A stretch of DNA of 64,000 nt from the human T2T-CHM13v2.0 reference genome, Homo sapiens: NCBI RefSeq assembly GCF_009914755.1, contig NC_060928.1. One strand, written 5' to 3'. Position numbers and translations under genes: made by a program. This document shows positions 1-16,049 of the stretch, piece after piece. The stretch's first letter is position 1. Each line of letters starts with the position of its first letter. The notes under the pieces are model-generated. The model saw only the letters and a list, made by a program, of their open reading frames with translations, was not told where the DNA came from and ran no database searches.

Positions 1-256
1 TCTCATGAGTTCGCTGAATTAAAGGGAAAGCGTGTTGTGTGACATGGAGTCACTGAGTCATTAACCTAGTCTTATGGGAATTTGGCTTACACCTTATTTG
101 TGGTCTTCCAACCTTTTCCTTGTGTATCCTTTCCTTGTGTATCCTCTAAAATAATTTTGTACCCCCTCTCGCATAGTTGTCTGAAATTTTTCATCTTCAA
201 TTTAAGGAATTGCAAAGATCTAATTTCTGTTATATTGTGTAAAGTAAGACAGTTAG

Positions 257-581
<325 letters not shown>

Positions 582-780
582 TTAAAATCTACCCAGTGAC
601 TCTAAATACCATTAGTAATTTGATACCCACTATCACCATCATTCCTTTAAAACAAATGTGAATATACTTTTTTAACAGTTGGAAATTTACATTTTTTTCT
701 TCCTATAATTTATATTTTCATTTACTTCCCTTAATTTTACTCTAATGATTATAAATTTTTGCTTCAAAATTTATTACAAA

Positions 781-879
781 GCTGGTCCAAGTGCAATGGT
801 GTATACAACTAATCGATGACAAACCAGTTACAGATTTCTTTCTTCCTTGTCCACCCCCACTGCTTCACTTTATGAGCCT
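781..879 (+). pseudogene. Y3 RNA (RNY3) pseudogene
   Basis: gctggtccaagtgcaatggtgtatacaactaat...ccagttacagatttcttt...cccactgcttcactt..agcct follows hY3 along its full length with scattered substitutions; short A-rich tail. Confidence 0.9.
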
Positions 880-1107
880 AAAGAAATATATATATGGATC
901 ACCCCATCATATCTACCTGCAATAAAAATATGCATTTAATATCATTGAATTTTCAAAGATATTGTAAATTTCTCCTAGTAAATCTCTTAAGTGTTAACTC
1001 TATGAATTGAGTTGTTATAGTTATTAGTACTCAAAGAAAATATATTATAAATTTAAATAATCATTTTAAAAAATTGGAAATACATCTCTTAATGAGATGA
1101 TAGGGCT

Positions 1108-1758
<651 letters not shown>

Positions 1759-2130
1759 CCTGGCCCATCATTTTACAATTTTTAAACATTTTATAGAAAT
1801 AATTTTAAGTTTACAAAGCAGCAAAAATAAAATAGTATGAAGAACACTTATATAACTTTTGCCTAGATTCACCTGTTGTTAACATTTTATCCCATTTGTT
1901 TTAGCATTTGTACTCTTATCTAAATAAAATTGTAAATGTGTATATATACACGTTGTTTACATACCTGTCTATAGTGTGTACATATACATACATTATTTAT
2001 AAGCTATATAATGCACACATATAATCACAACATTTAATATATATTATGTATTGATACAGTACTTGAATCTGTCATCCATATTTTAATTTTGGATGACCTA
2101 ATGTCCTTTCTTGTTTTTTGAAAGGACATA

Positions 2131-2427
2131 GGCTGGGCGCGGTGGCTCACGCCTGTGATCCCAGCACTTTGGGAGGCTGAGGCAGGCGGATCACGAGGTC
2201 AGGAGATCGAGGCCATCCTGGCTAACACGGTGAAACCCCGTCTCTACTAAAAAAATCCAAAAAACTAGCCAGGCTTGGTGGCGGGCATCTGTAGTCCTAG
2301 CTACTTGGGAGACTGAGGCAGGAGAATGGCGTCAACCCGGGAGGCAGAGCTTGTAGTGAGCCGAGATTGTGCCACTGCACTCCAGCCTGGGCGACAGAGT
2401 GAGACTCCGTCTCAAAAAAAAAAAAAA
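2131..2427 (+). mobile_element. AluY
   Basis: diagnostic gatcgag..catcctggctaacacgg and gaatggcgt; TSD aaaggacat. Confidence 0.92.
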
Positions 2428-2586
2428 GGACATGAAATTTTTAAATATTTCACTTGTGTTATCAGTTTTATGTAATTTAAGTGGGTTTAACAGTCTTTAT
2501 ATTATTTTGCCTCAACTGTTAAATCATATGTGTTTATTTCTACATCTTCTCTTTTATAGCTTTATTTAGTTTTATAGATTTAACCA

Positions 2587-2760
2587 CTTTTTTTTTATAC
2601 TTTATGTTCTGGGATACATGTGCAGAACGTGCAGGTTTGTTACACAGGTATACATGTGCCATGGTGATTTGTTGCACTCATCAACCCGTCATCTAGGTTT
2701 TAAGCCCTGCATGCACTAGGTATTGGTCCTAATGCTCTCCCTCCCCTTGCCCCTGACCCC
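2587..2760 (-). mobile_element. 5'-truncated L1PA 3' end, inside older L1M-like fragments (~1770-3850)
   Basis: ttttttatactttatgttctgggatacatgtgcagaacgtgcaggtttgttac. Confidence 0.85.
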
Positions 2761-3989
2761 TCAATAATGTCCTTTATATCAGTGTTTTTCCCTTCGGTCT
2801 AGGTCAGATATTGCATTTAGTTATTTATTATCTTTTTAGTCTTTTAATCTGAAATATATCCATAGCCTTTTTTTAAAATGTTTTCTGACATCAACCTTTT
2901 TGGGAGAATTACAGTGTATCCCTCCTCCCTCCACCCCAGGAATGGGCTGTTCCCCATTTTTTGTTTGTCTGATGTTTCCTGATGGTTAGATTGAGGTAGG
3001 CATTCCTGACTAGAAAACTGCATAGGTGATACTTTGTCTCTCCAAGAATGTCTCATCTGGAAGCACATGGTGTCCATTTATTCCTCATTGGTGACATTAA
3101 TTTTGGTGACCCAGTCAATATTTCTTTTCTGTGTTGTCTTCCCTTGCAACTACTATCTAATCTGTAGGGATATACTTAAAGACAGTACAAATACCCTCTT
3201 CCTCATCAAAATTTCTCCAAAGATTTTGCATCAATTGATGATTCTTGCATAATTAGATCTTTCATTGATGCTTGCAAAATGATGCTTTTAATTCTAATAC
3301 TTCTTGCATATTCACCAGTGAGCCTTGGTATTCTACTGCCAGCAAGAGCTCTCCTTCCTTTCCCATTTGTTTGTCTTTTTACTAGCAGTACAAACTTATG
3401 GATTCCTTTTTTCAATGGTTTATAATTAATTATTTAACTATTTTGCTGCTTAAATTATCCGATGTTAGGCCAGTGAGAGCCTCTCCAAACTGTGTCCTGT
3501 GTCTTTGTGGCATGCTCCCATTTGATTTTGCTCCTCACTTTCTAGTACAACAAGATATTACAGGTTCATCATGCACCTGCTCTGCCCAGTCCTGGAACTG
3601 GCCATTTCTCGGCGGAGCTTTGAGGAGCTTTTTAGGGGAGAATGGTATTAGAACCCAAGATCTAGGTGCAAGGTTACTGAGCTCCTTGTTACTGAGATGT
3701 CTTTGCCTCTTGTCTTTTTCAGTGGACAGAGCTAGAAAATATATGTTTGTATCCTGTGTGTACACATACATATATACAAATATACATCCATACATATATA
3801 CACACACAATAATTTAAATACAGATGTGCACACAAACATAGGTTTGCTGCATTTCTAACCATGATTTTAAGATCTTTTCAGTTTTGTAATGTAGGGAATT
3901 ATTTACATACAGGTTATACATTTACAGGCAGATTTGTAAGTGTTGCACCCGTTTTATAAAAAGAGCTGGTGAATTAAAGAGTAATTGTA

Positions 3990-4476
3990 TTTTTCTTTCT
4001 TTCTTTTTTTTTTTCTGAGATGGGATCTCACTCTGTTGCCCAAGCTGGGATGCAGTGGCATGATCGCAGCTCACTGCAGCTTTGACCTCCTGGGCTCAAG
4101 TGATCCTCCTATCTCAGCCCCTCAAGTAGGCTGGGACCAAGGCGTGTGTCACCCCGTCAGGCTAATTTTTGTATTTTTTTTGTAGAGACAGGATTTCGCC
4201 ATGTTGACCAGTGGTCTCAAGCTCCTGGGCTCAAGTAATCCGCCCGACTCGGTCTCCCAAAGTGCTGGGATTACAGGCATGAGCCACCGTGCCTGGCCAG
4301 AGTAATTGTATTTATTATATGTATGGTCGTGTCCTCTGTTCCTTACATAGTTGTTTTTGTTTGTTTATGAGACAGGGTGTCACTATGTTTCCCAGGCTGG
4401 TTTTGAACTTCTAGGCTCAAGCAATCCTTCCACCGTGGCCTCCCAGAGTGCTGGGATTATGCCACTTTGCCCAGCC
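3990..4476 (-). mobile_element. antisense AluJ (~3990-4298) plus Alu monomer/FLAM (~4352-4476)
   Basis: reverse-complement Alu consensus. Confidence 0.88.
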
Positions 4477-5215
4477 AAATTTTTAAGTTTTAATTACTGA
4501 ATGAGTATTACTGATATACTTGTGTTTCACCATTAGGATTTGAGTTCTTGATATAGTTCCAAGCATCATTTTTTATATAACTTACACAGATGTCTTTCCT
4601 TATCAGTGGGAAAGAGTGGAACTGAATGTTTGAGCCTGTTGTAACATTATTTTAATATAATAAGAAATTTTTAGATTTTTTTCATAAAACGTACTTATTT
4701 TAAATAGTTACAAGGGAGCAGAGTTTAAATCTTGCTATGTGAGACTTTTGTCATGATTCTTCACTAGAAGTTTGTGATTTAAAGATTTGTGATGAAGAAA
4801 TTCCACTATGCAAGTGGCATGGCTTCCCAGTTATAAAATCTCAGCTCTTGAGAGGGCCTCAGAGCTAACTTCTACCCCAGGTACTGTGCCTTGCACAACA
4901 TAAGGCAAGCCAGCCTCTGACTGAACATGCCTGGAAAGGAGTTCAATATCTTACTTAACATCTCTCAGGAAGATGTGCCATCTTCAACTGGACCATTGGC
5001 TTCTGAGTAAGCTGTGTTAGGCCTGGGCTAGACCTAATGGTTTATTATTGGTGGAGAGAAAGATCTGGAAATACTTGAGGTTATTACATACTAGATTAGC
5101 TTCTAATGTGAACCATTTTTCTTTTAACAGTGATAAATTATTATTTCCGAAGTTAACTGTTCCCTTGGTCGTGATACACACTCGATTAACAAACATACTG
5201 TTGTATTTTTTCCAG

Positions 5216-5391
5216 TTTTGTTTGGCTATGCCACCACAGTCATCCCCAGGGTCTATACATACTATGTTTCAACTGTATTATTTGCCATTTTTGGCATTAG
5301 AATGCTTCGGGAAGGCTTAAAGATGAGCCCTGATGAGGGTCAAGAGGAACTGGAAGAAGTTCAAGCTGAATTAAAGAAGAAAGATGAAGAA
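5216..5391 (+). CDS. TMEM165: TMEM165 exon 3 (Golgi Mn2+/Ca2+ antiporter, UPF0016/GDT1 family)
   Basis: tttttccag acceptor at 5214-5215, gtaagc donor at 5392; 176 nt encoding LFGYATTVIPRVYTYYVSTVLFAIFGIRMLREGLKMSPDEGQEELEEVQAELKKKDEE. Confidence 0.97.
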
Positions 5392-5946
5392 GTAAGCCAT
5401 GGCACTGTTGATCTGGACCAAAAAGGCACTCAACTAGGAATAAACACTCTACAGAGGTTTCTCAGTGGCCCCATCTGTGTGATATGCGGGGCTACACAAA
5501 AATAGCTTCTTTTGCTTTGTTCTGTTCTTATACCTGTCTGTGATCTGACTTGGGGTTGGTGTGAATGTAGTAGAGAAAGGAAGCTGACAGATGAATACTG
5601 AACACAGGTAATCAGTTTCCTTAATTAGGTTGATTATAAGCTCCTGAAAAGCAGGAACTGTATTTTATAATTTTACCTGTTTCTCCCGTGGTGTCTAGGA
5701 TAGTAAGTGAGCAGAGCAGTAAATACTGTTTGGTTTGTTCAGCTGAGGAGAAACGGAAGAATTGAGACTATAGCATTTGTTGCTGTGTGAGACCAGTGGT
5801 TCAGAGGGGAGGTTTGGGGGTCACATAAATGTAGTTTTTTTGGAGCATATTTCATAGAATTTAAACACTTAGAAAAGTCAAGTGATTTGTGTGCTATTTT
5901 GATTTGCTTCCTGTGCTTACTTTCATTTGTTTATTATTTATTTTAG

Positions 5947-6129
5947 TTTCAACGAACCAAACTTTTAAATGGACCGGGAGATGTTGAAACGGGTACAAGC
6001 ATAACAGTACCTCAGAAAAAGTGGTTGCATTTTATTTCACCCATTTTTGTTCAAGCTCTTACATTAACATTCTTAGCAGAATGGGGTGATCGCTCTCAAC
6101 TAACTACAATTGTATTGGCAGCTAGAGAG
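5947..6129 (+). CDS. TMEM165: TMEM165 exon 4
   Basis: ttttag acceptor, gtgagt donor; 183 nt FQRTKLLNG...FVQALTLTFLAEWGDRSQLTTIVLAARE, containing the second UPF0016 ExGD[KR][ST] motif. Confidence 0.97.
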
Positions 6130-6191
6130 GTGAGTGATATTTGAGAGGAGACTGTTTAAAATGAAACGTAATTATTATTACTTTGTTCCAG

Positions 6192-6308
6192 AAAACACTG
6201 GACACACTGAAGTGGGCCACAGCATTCCTTCATATGCAAGACTGTTTTACATCTGATAATTCAGCTGCTCTCTAAAATTGGCCTTCTCCCAGTTCCTGCT
6301 ACCTGCAG
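6192..6308 (+). other. TMEM165: latent 117-nt pseudoexon in TMEM165 intron 4
   Basis: ctttgttccag acceptor (6190-6191), weak donor cag|gtgaaa (6309); G6311 is c.792+182. Confidence 0.8.
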
Positions 6309-6516
6309 GTGAAATTCTTGTAACCAAGCTCAGTTGGGCTCTTTTTACTCATCCTTTTCCCTTTGGTTTTGCCAAAATGATGCCGTGGTACTTGTCATCT
6401 TAGCTTGGTTTTCTTATCATAGAACTTTCTTTTTTATAGTTGTTGAGAATATAAATCAGTATAATATTATTGAAGGCCATTTTGGTGTTTAATACCTAAA
6501 GCCTTAAAAATGTGTA

Positions 6517-6679
6517 GCTAGCCGGGCTTGGTGGTATGCACCTGTAGTCCCAGCTACTCAGGAGGGTTGAGGTGGGAGGATTGCTTGAGCCTGGGAGGTT
6601 GAGGCTCCAGTGAGCTGTGTTCGCGCCACTGCACTCCAGCCTTGGTGACAGGGAGACCCAGTCTGAAAAAAAAAAAAAA
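6517..6679 (+). mobile_element. Alu right monomer
   Basis: right-arm consensus plus A tail. Confidence 0.85.
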
Positions 6680-6908
6680 GTGTATAGCTTTTCGTTCATG
6701 TGTTACACTAAAGAAATTGACTGTTGCACAGACTACTTATAATTATTGTAACTTAGTAAAAATTTAGAAACAGCCTAATAATCCAGCAGAAAATTGGTTC
6801 AGCTGTTTACAAATCTCTGTGTAGCTCTTAGAATATTCACTCTTCAACATCATTTCAGTGACATGGAAAAATTTTAAAAGGAGGTTTACTTTTAAAATAT
6901 AAAAAGAA

Positions 6909-7216
6909 GGCCGGGTGCCGTCCCTCACGCCTGTAATCCCAGCACTTTAGGAGGCCAAGGTGGGCGGATCACCTGAGGTCAGGAGTTTGAGACCAGCCTG
7001 ACCAGCATGGAGAAACCCCTACTACTAAAAATACAAAAATTAGCCGGGCAAGGTGGCTCATGCCTGTAATCTTAGCTACTCAGGAGACTGAGGCAGGAGA
7101 ATTGATTGAACCGGGGAGGCAGAGGTTGCAGTGAGCCTAGATTGCACCACTGCACTCCAGCCTGGGCAGCAGAGTGAGATGCTATCTCAAAAAATTAAAT
7201 AAATAATATATAAAAA
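6909..7216 (+). mobile_element. AluS
   Basis: full dimer. Confidence 0.92.
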
Positions 7217-7295
7217 GAACAAAAAAGACTTAAGGAAATAAAAACATTATTTTTATTTCAGTGCTTATCTATCGTTGCGTACTGCTATTATGGGT

Positions 7296-7437
7296 AATTT
7301 ATTTATTTACTTTTTGGTAGGGGTGGGGTCTCACCATGTTGTCCAGCCAGTTTTGAACCCCTGGCCTGAAACTTCCTGCCTCAGCCTCGCAAATAATCCT
7401 TCTGGGATTATAGGCGAGAGTCACTGCTCTGGCCTAG
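7296..7437 (-). mobile_element. FLAM / Alu monomer
   Basis: degenerate left-arm reverse complement. Confidence 0.7.
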
Positions 7438-8046
7438 GTGACTTGTTTGTTTCTGTGTAGGAACTTTTTGTTCAAAAAGTCTTAGCCCAAGAATCCTAAG
7501 TTCTGGAGTGGGAAGCTAGAGACCTCAGCTCATCTTGTAGCTTTTACTCTTCAGATGAAGAACCTGACCCCCAGAGAGATCGGGTGACTTGTGTGAGGGA
7601 GTAAGCTGGCTGGCTGTGGCCTTCTTCACAGTTGTTCAATGCCACTTATTTAAAACATGCCCATTGGTTTTTTATTTTTTAATTTTTCTTTTGATGGGAA
7701 TAGCAAGGTTTTATATGAGGCGCCTGTCATTGTTCACACAGATTTATTAAGATTTCATGTGGAGACGGTTGTGGAATGGAATACTGCTGCCACTTTTCAA
7801 CCTCTTTTTCATCTTAACTGATACTATTTCTTATCTGTGTTTATATCAGATTCTCTTTTTATAAGAGTAAAATTGTTTCTAATTCCTTGGAACTATCATA
7901 AAAGAACAAGTTCTTTAATTATAGGCTGTGGTTTAAAATACAAGACAGTTGAAGGCCAGGACTAAGATAGATGGGAAAGGCTATTTTGTCAGGGAAGCCT
8001 CAAAAATGCTGTATTTTGGGGAAAAAAAATGGAACTCTGATTTTCA

Positions 8047-8307
<261 letters not shown>

Positions 8308-9052
8308 TGGCTGTACCCTATATTCTTCTTGATTTCTAGCCTTTTATTGGCTCTCAGATTGCCAGAGTTGGGACTCAATAGTAAGTAACCATTTTGTTGA
8401 GGTGGTAGTGATTCTACCAGGGTGAGTTATCATGACAGCAGAATCACTGCGTTTTTCTCTCTACTCTGTGGCATAGACTCTATGCCATAGAGTGACGTGT
8501 GAAAGGCTTGAGGCTCCCTACCTACGAGACACCCTGGTCCATTCTAGCAGTATGGCACGTGCTGACTGGGTTTTGAGTCTCTTGCTGTAAAATCACATTA
8601 CTGCACTTCCCTGCATTTTCTCATCCAAAAATGGGGATTACCTGCTTTGTGGATCGGTTTGCAGATGAAATAACACACGCAGGGTATCTAGCATGGTCCC
8701 CCACATGGCACATTCAGTGTTAGCCACACTTCCATACTAACTGCCCTGCGGGGATATTTAATGAGCTCTTAAATGGCAGAAATGTTGTGTCTTTTCCTGT
8801 TCCCTTAGTATTCCTATTTTTGTTGGTAATTTTTCTTATGAACCATGCAGTTGTCTAGTTCAGGCCATTTTAGTATGCAGTTTTATCTTTGCTTCCAACA
8901 TGATTTAATGTTCCCAAATTGGATTTCACATAATCCTAGTGTCCTTTGAGACTTGAATTGGTTCTAGGCCAAAAAAGGGTGAGGGGGAAGGAAGAAATTC
9001 AGAGTCAAATTTGGCAAATAATATATCCCTGTCGTTTTGTTTTTTCTTTTTA

Positions 9053-9391
<339 letters not shown>

Positions 9392-9417
9392 CTAGTTTAT
9401 TTTACTTAATCTAGTGA

Positions 9418-9725
<308 letters not shown>

Positions 9726-10412
9726 TAAATATTACTTTCAAATAGAACCATCTTCATGGGTAGCAGTTTATAATACACAAGTAGAATTTGGGAAATGTAG
9801 TCCCAGTCTTCCATTCTTCACAGTGGATGCTTCAGCCAGTTTCCTGTCTCTGCACACACACTGCCCGACAGCGGGCTTTCCCTTCTCCTTCAGAGCAGTA
9901 GCAGTTCCCTTTCTTCATTCCCACCCATCACAGTGGCAGCCCCCTCTGCCCTCCTGTATTCTGAATCCCACCCTTATAATATGCTTAGATTTTGCCTTTC
10001 TCCCAGCCGTTTTGTGAGCATTGTTCGTGTGTACCAATTTTTTCTCATCCTTTAAAAAGAAAAAAAAAAAGCCCCTTTTCTCAATTGTACATCGCAAATC
10101 CAACTCTTGCCCTCCTGCAGTGTCAGAGGACTTGGCTGTGATGGGAATAAGCCTTGGCTCTGTTCTCCTTGCATACTTAGCCCATGGGAACCCAGTTTCT
10201 GGCCTCACCAGGAATGTTGTTGTGCTTTGAGCTCCCTGTGGCCTTGCATGATGCCTCCGTTGGTCCTTACAGGAGGTGATTGGCTGGCCACCTCACTTGC
10301 TTTCTCCTGTGGACCCTTCTTTCTCTGTCCTTCCTTGAATGCTGCCTTTGTCCCTCATGATTATGCTATCAACATTCTTCTCTTTCTGCTTTCTCTGTAA
10401 CAGGTTTATTGA

Positions 10413-11866
<1,454 letters not shown>

Positions 11867-12681
11867 TAGCGGATTTCTGAAGCATTAATCTGTTCTGTTA
11901 CTTTCCAGCTAAAAACCAACAAGTGTCTGAGGACACAGTTTAAACTCCAAGATGATAGGGTCCTCCCTCACCTGGACTCCCACCTACCCTCATGACCTCC
12001 TTTTGTGAAATGCTGAAGGGCTCTGCAGCTGGTTGTCTGGTACTGCTGGCCTTTGCTTTCTATTTAGCATGTTCCTTCTCCCACAAAACAAAATCACATT
12101 CTCACTATGCCCTGTTCATTCTTCAGGACTATCTTCTGGGAAACTTTTACTACATACCCCTCTCCCCCTAATCTGAGTGTCTGCTTTGCTCAGGTAACAT
12201 GTGTTCACTGGATAAATCCTTGATTCCTGGCACTGAGGCAGGGTTTCTGTTCCCAGGAAGCAGAGGCATACTATTCTGTGAAGGATTGACTGAGTTTCTC
12301 CTAATACCAAGCAGTATCTGAGGGAACAGATGTCTAGCTTAAAATCCTCCCTAGCACTTGTCATAGCAGTGCTACGTATTGCCTGTGAAGGAAGTTTAAT
12401 AACTGCTGAAAGGTTCGATTAGCTTTATTTCATCAGGATTTGTTTGACTTTACAAATTGATTTGGGTTATTTCAACTTTTAGGTCTAGTCTTAAGTATAA
12501 CTGGTACATATTCCTTCAAGCAGCCATTACACCTCTCATAAATTTATTATACACCTGCATTTTTATAACTATTATGCTTTTTAATTGTTGGCCACCATTT
12601 TTAGTGCTTCTGAATTGTTATGGTTCTCAAGCAGCAGTTGTCACCTTGGTTTTGAATTAATGCTGTGACGCTTGCTTCCAG

Positions 12682-12787
12682 GACCCCTATGGTGTAGCCG
12701 TGGGTGGAACTGTGGGGCACTGCCTGTGCACGGGATTGGCAGTAATTGGAGGAAGAATGATAGCACAGAAAATCTCTGTCAGAACTG
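12682..12787 (+). CDS. TMEM165: TMEM165 exon 5
   Basis: ttccag acceptor, gtaagt donor; 106 nt DPYGVAVGGTVGHCLCTGLAVIGGRMIAQKISVRT. Confidence 0.97.
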
Positions 12788-13519
12788 GTAAGTCTTGAAA
12801 ATTACAAATCAGATAACATTTTAGAATCACTGAGAGATTAAAGGGTGTTAGCTTTGATTATTTAAATTTCTGCTGCTGAAGTATACTTGGTTTTTCTAAT
12901 TACCTACCATCTCTTATAGAGGTATTAATCCTGGTATTGCAAATACGGACTTTTTTCACCTGTGTAGAAGTTAGCAAAATACAAAGTCATTTTTATCGAA
13001 TTCATAGTAGCTTCTTGTTAACATATTATCTTAGTAAAACAATTGTCATTTGGAAGTATGAGAAGTTTTTGGCTCTAAAAATGTGTCTTACAAGACTGGA
13101 ATCATGTGGAGACCATATGTACTGATTCTGCTGAATATGTCCTGTGAAGCCACAGTTAGGTCTAGAGATGGAAGAATCGTCTCTTTGCTAGTCAGAAGAC
13201 CTGAACATTTTCTTTTATAACTGGATTTTAAGATGAGTTATAGTTCTACTGTTGCTTGCCAGCACTGTCTGGATTTAATACAATCCTGTCATTTCTCAAA
13301 ACAGTGCTGGAGAAAACCTGATTCTTAGTGTTCACAGTCAAGCATGTTAAGTATTGTTCCTTGTTATGTAAAAGGGGTTGAAGTGATTCTAATTTGTTTT
13401 CAAGGTTAGTTTAATAGATTGGAAGAATAATTGGCCGCCTCATCGGCTCCCTTTTCATTTTGTACAGTATCAAGGTATAGGAATTTTACTGTATTTGACT
13501 TTTTTTCTCTCTCTTCCAG

Positions 13520-13596
13520 TGACAATCATAGGAGGCATCGTTTTTTTGGCGTTTGCATTTTCTGCACTATTTATAAGCCCTGATTCTGGTTTTTAA
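13520..13596 (+). CDS. TMEM165: TMEM165 exon 6, coding part
   Basis: long polypyrimidine tract + ag; completes VTIIGGIVFLAFAFSALFISPDSGF, stop TAA 13594-13596; phase fits exon 5. Confidence 0.97.
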
Positions 13597-14320
13597 CAAG
13601 CTGTTTGTTCATCTATATTTAGTTTAAAATAGGTAGTATTATCTTTCTGTACATAGTGTACATTACAACTAAAAGTGATGGAAAAATACTGTATTTTGTA
13701 GCACTGATTTTGTGAGTTTGACCCATTATTATGTCTGAGATATAATCATTGATTCTATTTGTAACAAGGAGTTTTAAAAGAAACCTGACTTCTAAGTGTG
13801 GGTTTTTCTTCTCTCCAACATAATTATGTTAATATGGTCCTCATTTTTCTTTTGGTGCAGAACCGTTGTGCAGTGGGGTCTACCATGCAATTTTCTTTCA
13901 GCACTGACCCCTTTTTAAGGAATACAAATTTTCTCCTTCATCACTTAGGTGTTTTAAGATGTTTACCTTAAAGTTTTTCTTGGGGAAAGAATGAATTAAT
14001 TTCTATTTCTTAAAACATTTCCCTGAGCCAGTAAACAGTAGTTTAATCATTGGTCTTTTCAAAACTAGGTGTTTAAAAAAAGAGACATATATGATATTGC
14101 TGTTATATCAATAACATGGCACAACAAGAACTGTCTGCCAGGTCATTCTTCCTCTTTTTTTTTTAATTGGGTAGGACACCCAATATAAAAACAGTCAATA
14201 TTTGACAATGTGGAATTACCAAATTAAAAGAGAATACTATGAATGTATTCATATTTTTTCTATATTGAATAAACAATGTAACATAGATAACAATATAAAT
14301 AAAAGTGGTATGACCAGTGC
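13597..14320 (+). other. TMEM165: TMEM165 3' UTR
   Basis: follows the stop; AU-rich; ends after AATAAA signals and before a GT/T-rich downstream element (gtgcttgtttttccttgtgtgt). Confidence 0.8.
14268..14303 (+). terminator. TMEM165: TMEM165 poly(A) signals (AATAAA 14268-14273 and 14298-14303)
   Basis: two canonical hexamers with a downstream GU-rich tract. Confidence 0.8.
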
Positions 14321-15153
14321 TTGTTTTTCCTTGTGTGTCATATAAAATTATCAGTATTGATAGGCCAATTTCTAAAGCTGATGTAAAAACACTAACATAT
14401 TAAATATTTGAGATATGCCTAAAGTAGCTAAACAGGAGCCAGGCATTGTTCGAAAGCATTGTCACCCTTACAGTTCTGTGAGGTAGTAGGTACTAATATA
14501 AGGTTAAAAAAGAAAAAAACTAACTCACCCAAGGTTACATGGTAGAGTCACACCAGGCGGTTTAATTCCAGAGCCTAATGTCATTCATTATGCTAAGACT
14601 ACCTCATTTTTTCATGGCAACTTCAGTCGTCACCCTCGTTTGAGTATATTTTGATTTGACTACTACTTCACCCAAGTAGCATAACAGCTGCTTTCTCTCA
14701 GCCTTTTATATTCTAGAATCATATGCAGTAACATTCCCATTAATAGCCTCACTAAATTGAAGGACAATTCTACAGAAACATCCATGTTATTTGTGTGAGG
14801 TATAATAGGAGACCCAGAGCAATTCAGGTTTATGAGCTACTACAAAGGTCCACAATGTAGTCTGCAATTTGAAGAGATTGTGAAAGAACCCAGTTAATCA
14901 TCCAGCACTGTAGGATGCAGCAATTGTCCTACATGGTAACTCTGTGAGGAAGATGATAGCTACTACTGTGGAGATCTTAAGAGGAGTTTTCAGCTTAAAT
15001 GCCAAGTTAGAAGTAGCACATGTTGGTAAAAAAGGTCATATTTGTAGTTTTCTGCTATAGGAAGTATCAAAGGGTAGAAAACAATGTCTGTGGATTAAGA
15101 TAAACTCTGTGGTTAGACAGTCTATATTGCCTTAGATTGTTTGTTTGTTATAA

Positions 15154-15787
<634 letters not shown>

Positions 15788-16049
15788 CGTTTTTTCTAAT
15801 AACAACAGAAAAGACAATTCCTCGTAGGGAGTAGCTGGCACCATCATCGTGTAACCTCAGTTCAGGTAGCTTGGTCCCATTACTAGCTTCATATGCGAAT
15901 AAGAACAGCATCGCATTCTGAGGCACCACAATCTTGTAGCAGGACATAATTCCTCTGAGAATTTTTGGTAAGTCAGACCTAAGCTATAAGGTAAAAATCG
16001 CTACTGCAATAGGCTCCATTGTTGAATAAAAGAAAGGGAAATGTCATTG

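Noticed and set aside
113-144. 15-bp tandem duplication cctttccttgtgtat (a similar aagtaactgagt repeat lies at ~42370-42407)
   Set aside because: Ordinary slippage duplications; not array-like and without spacers.
5218-5505. 95-aa ORF as a separate gene
   Set aside because: It is TMEM165 exon 3 read through into the intron.
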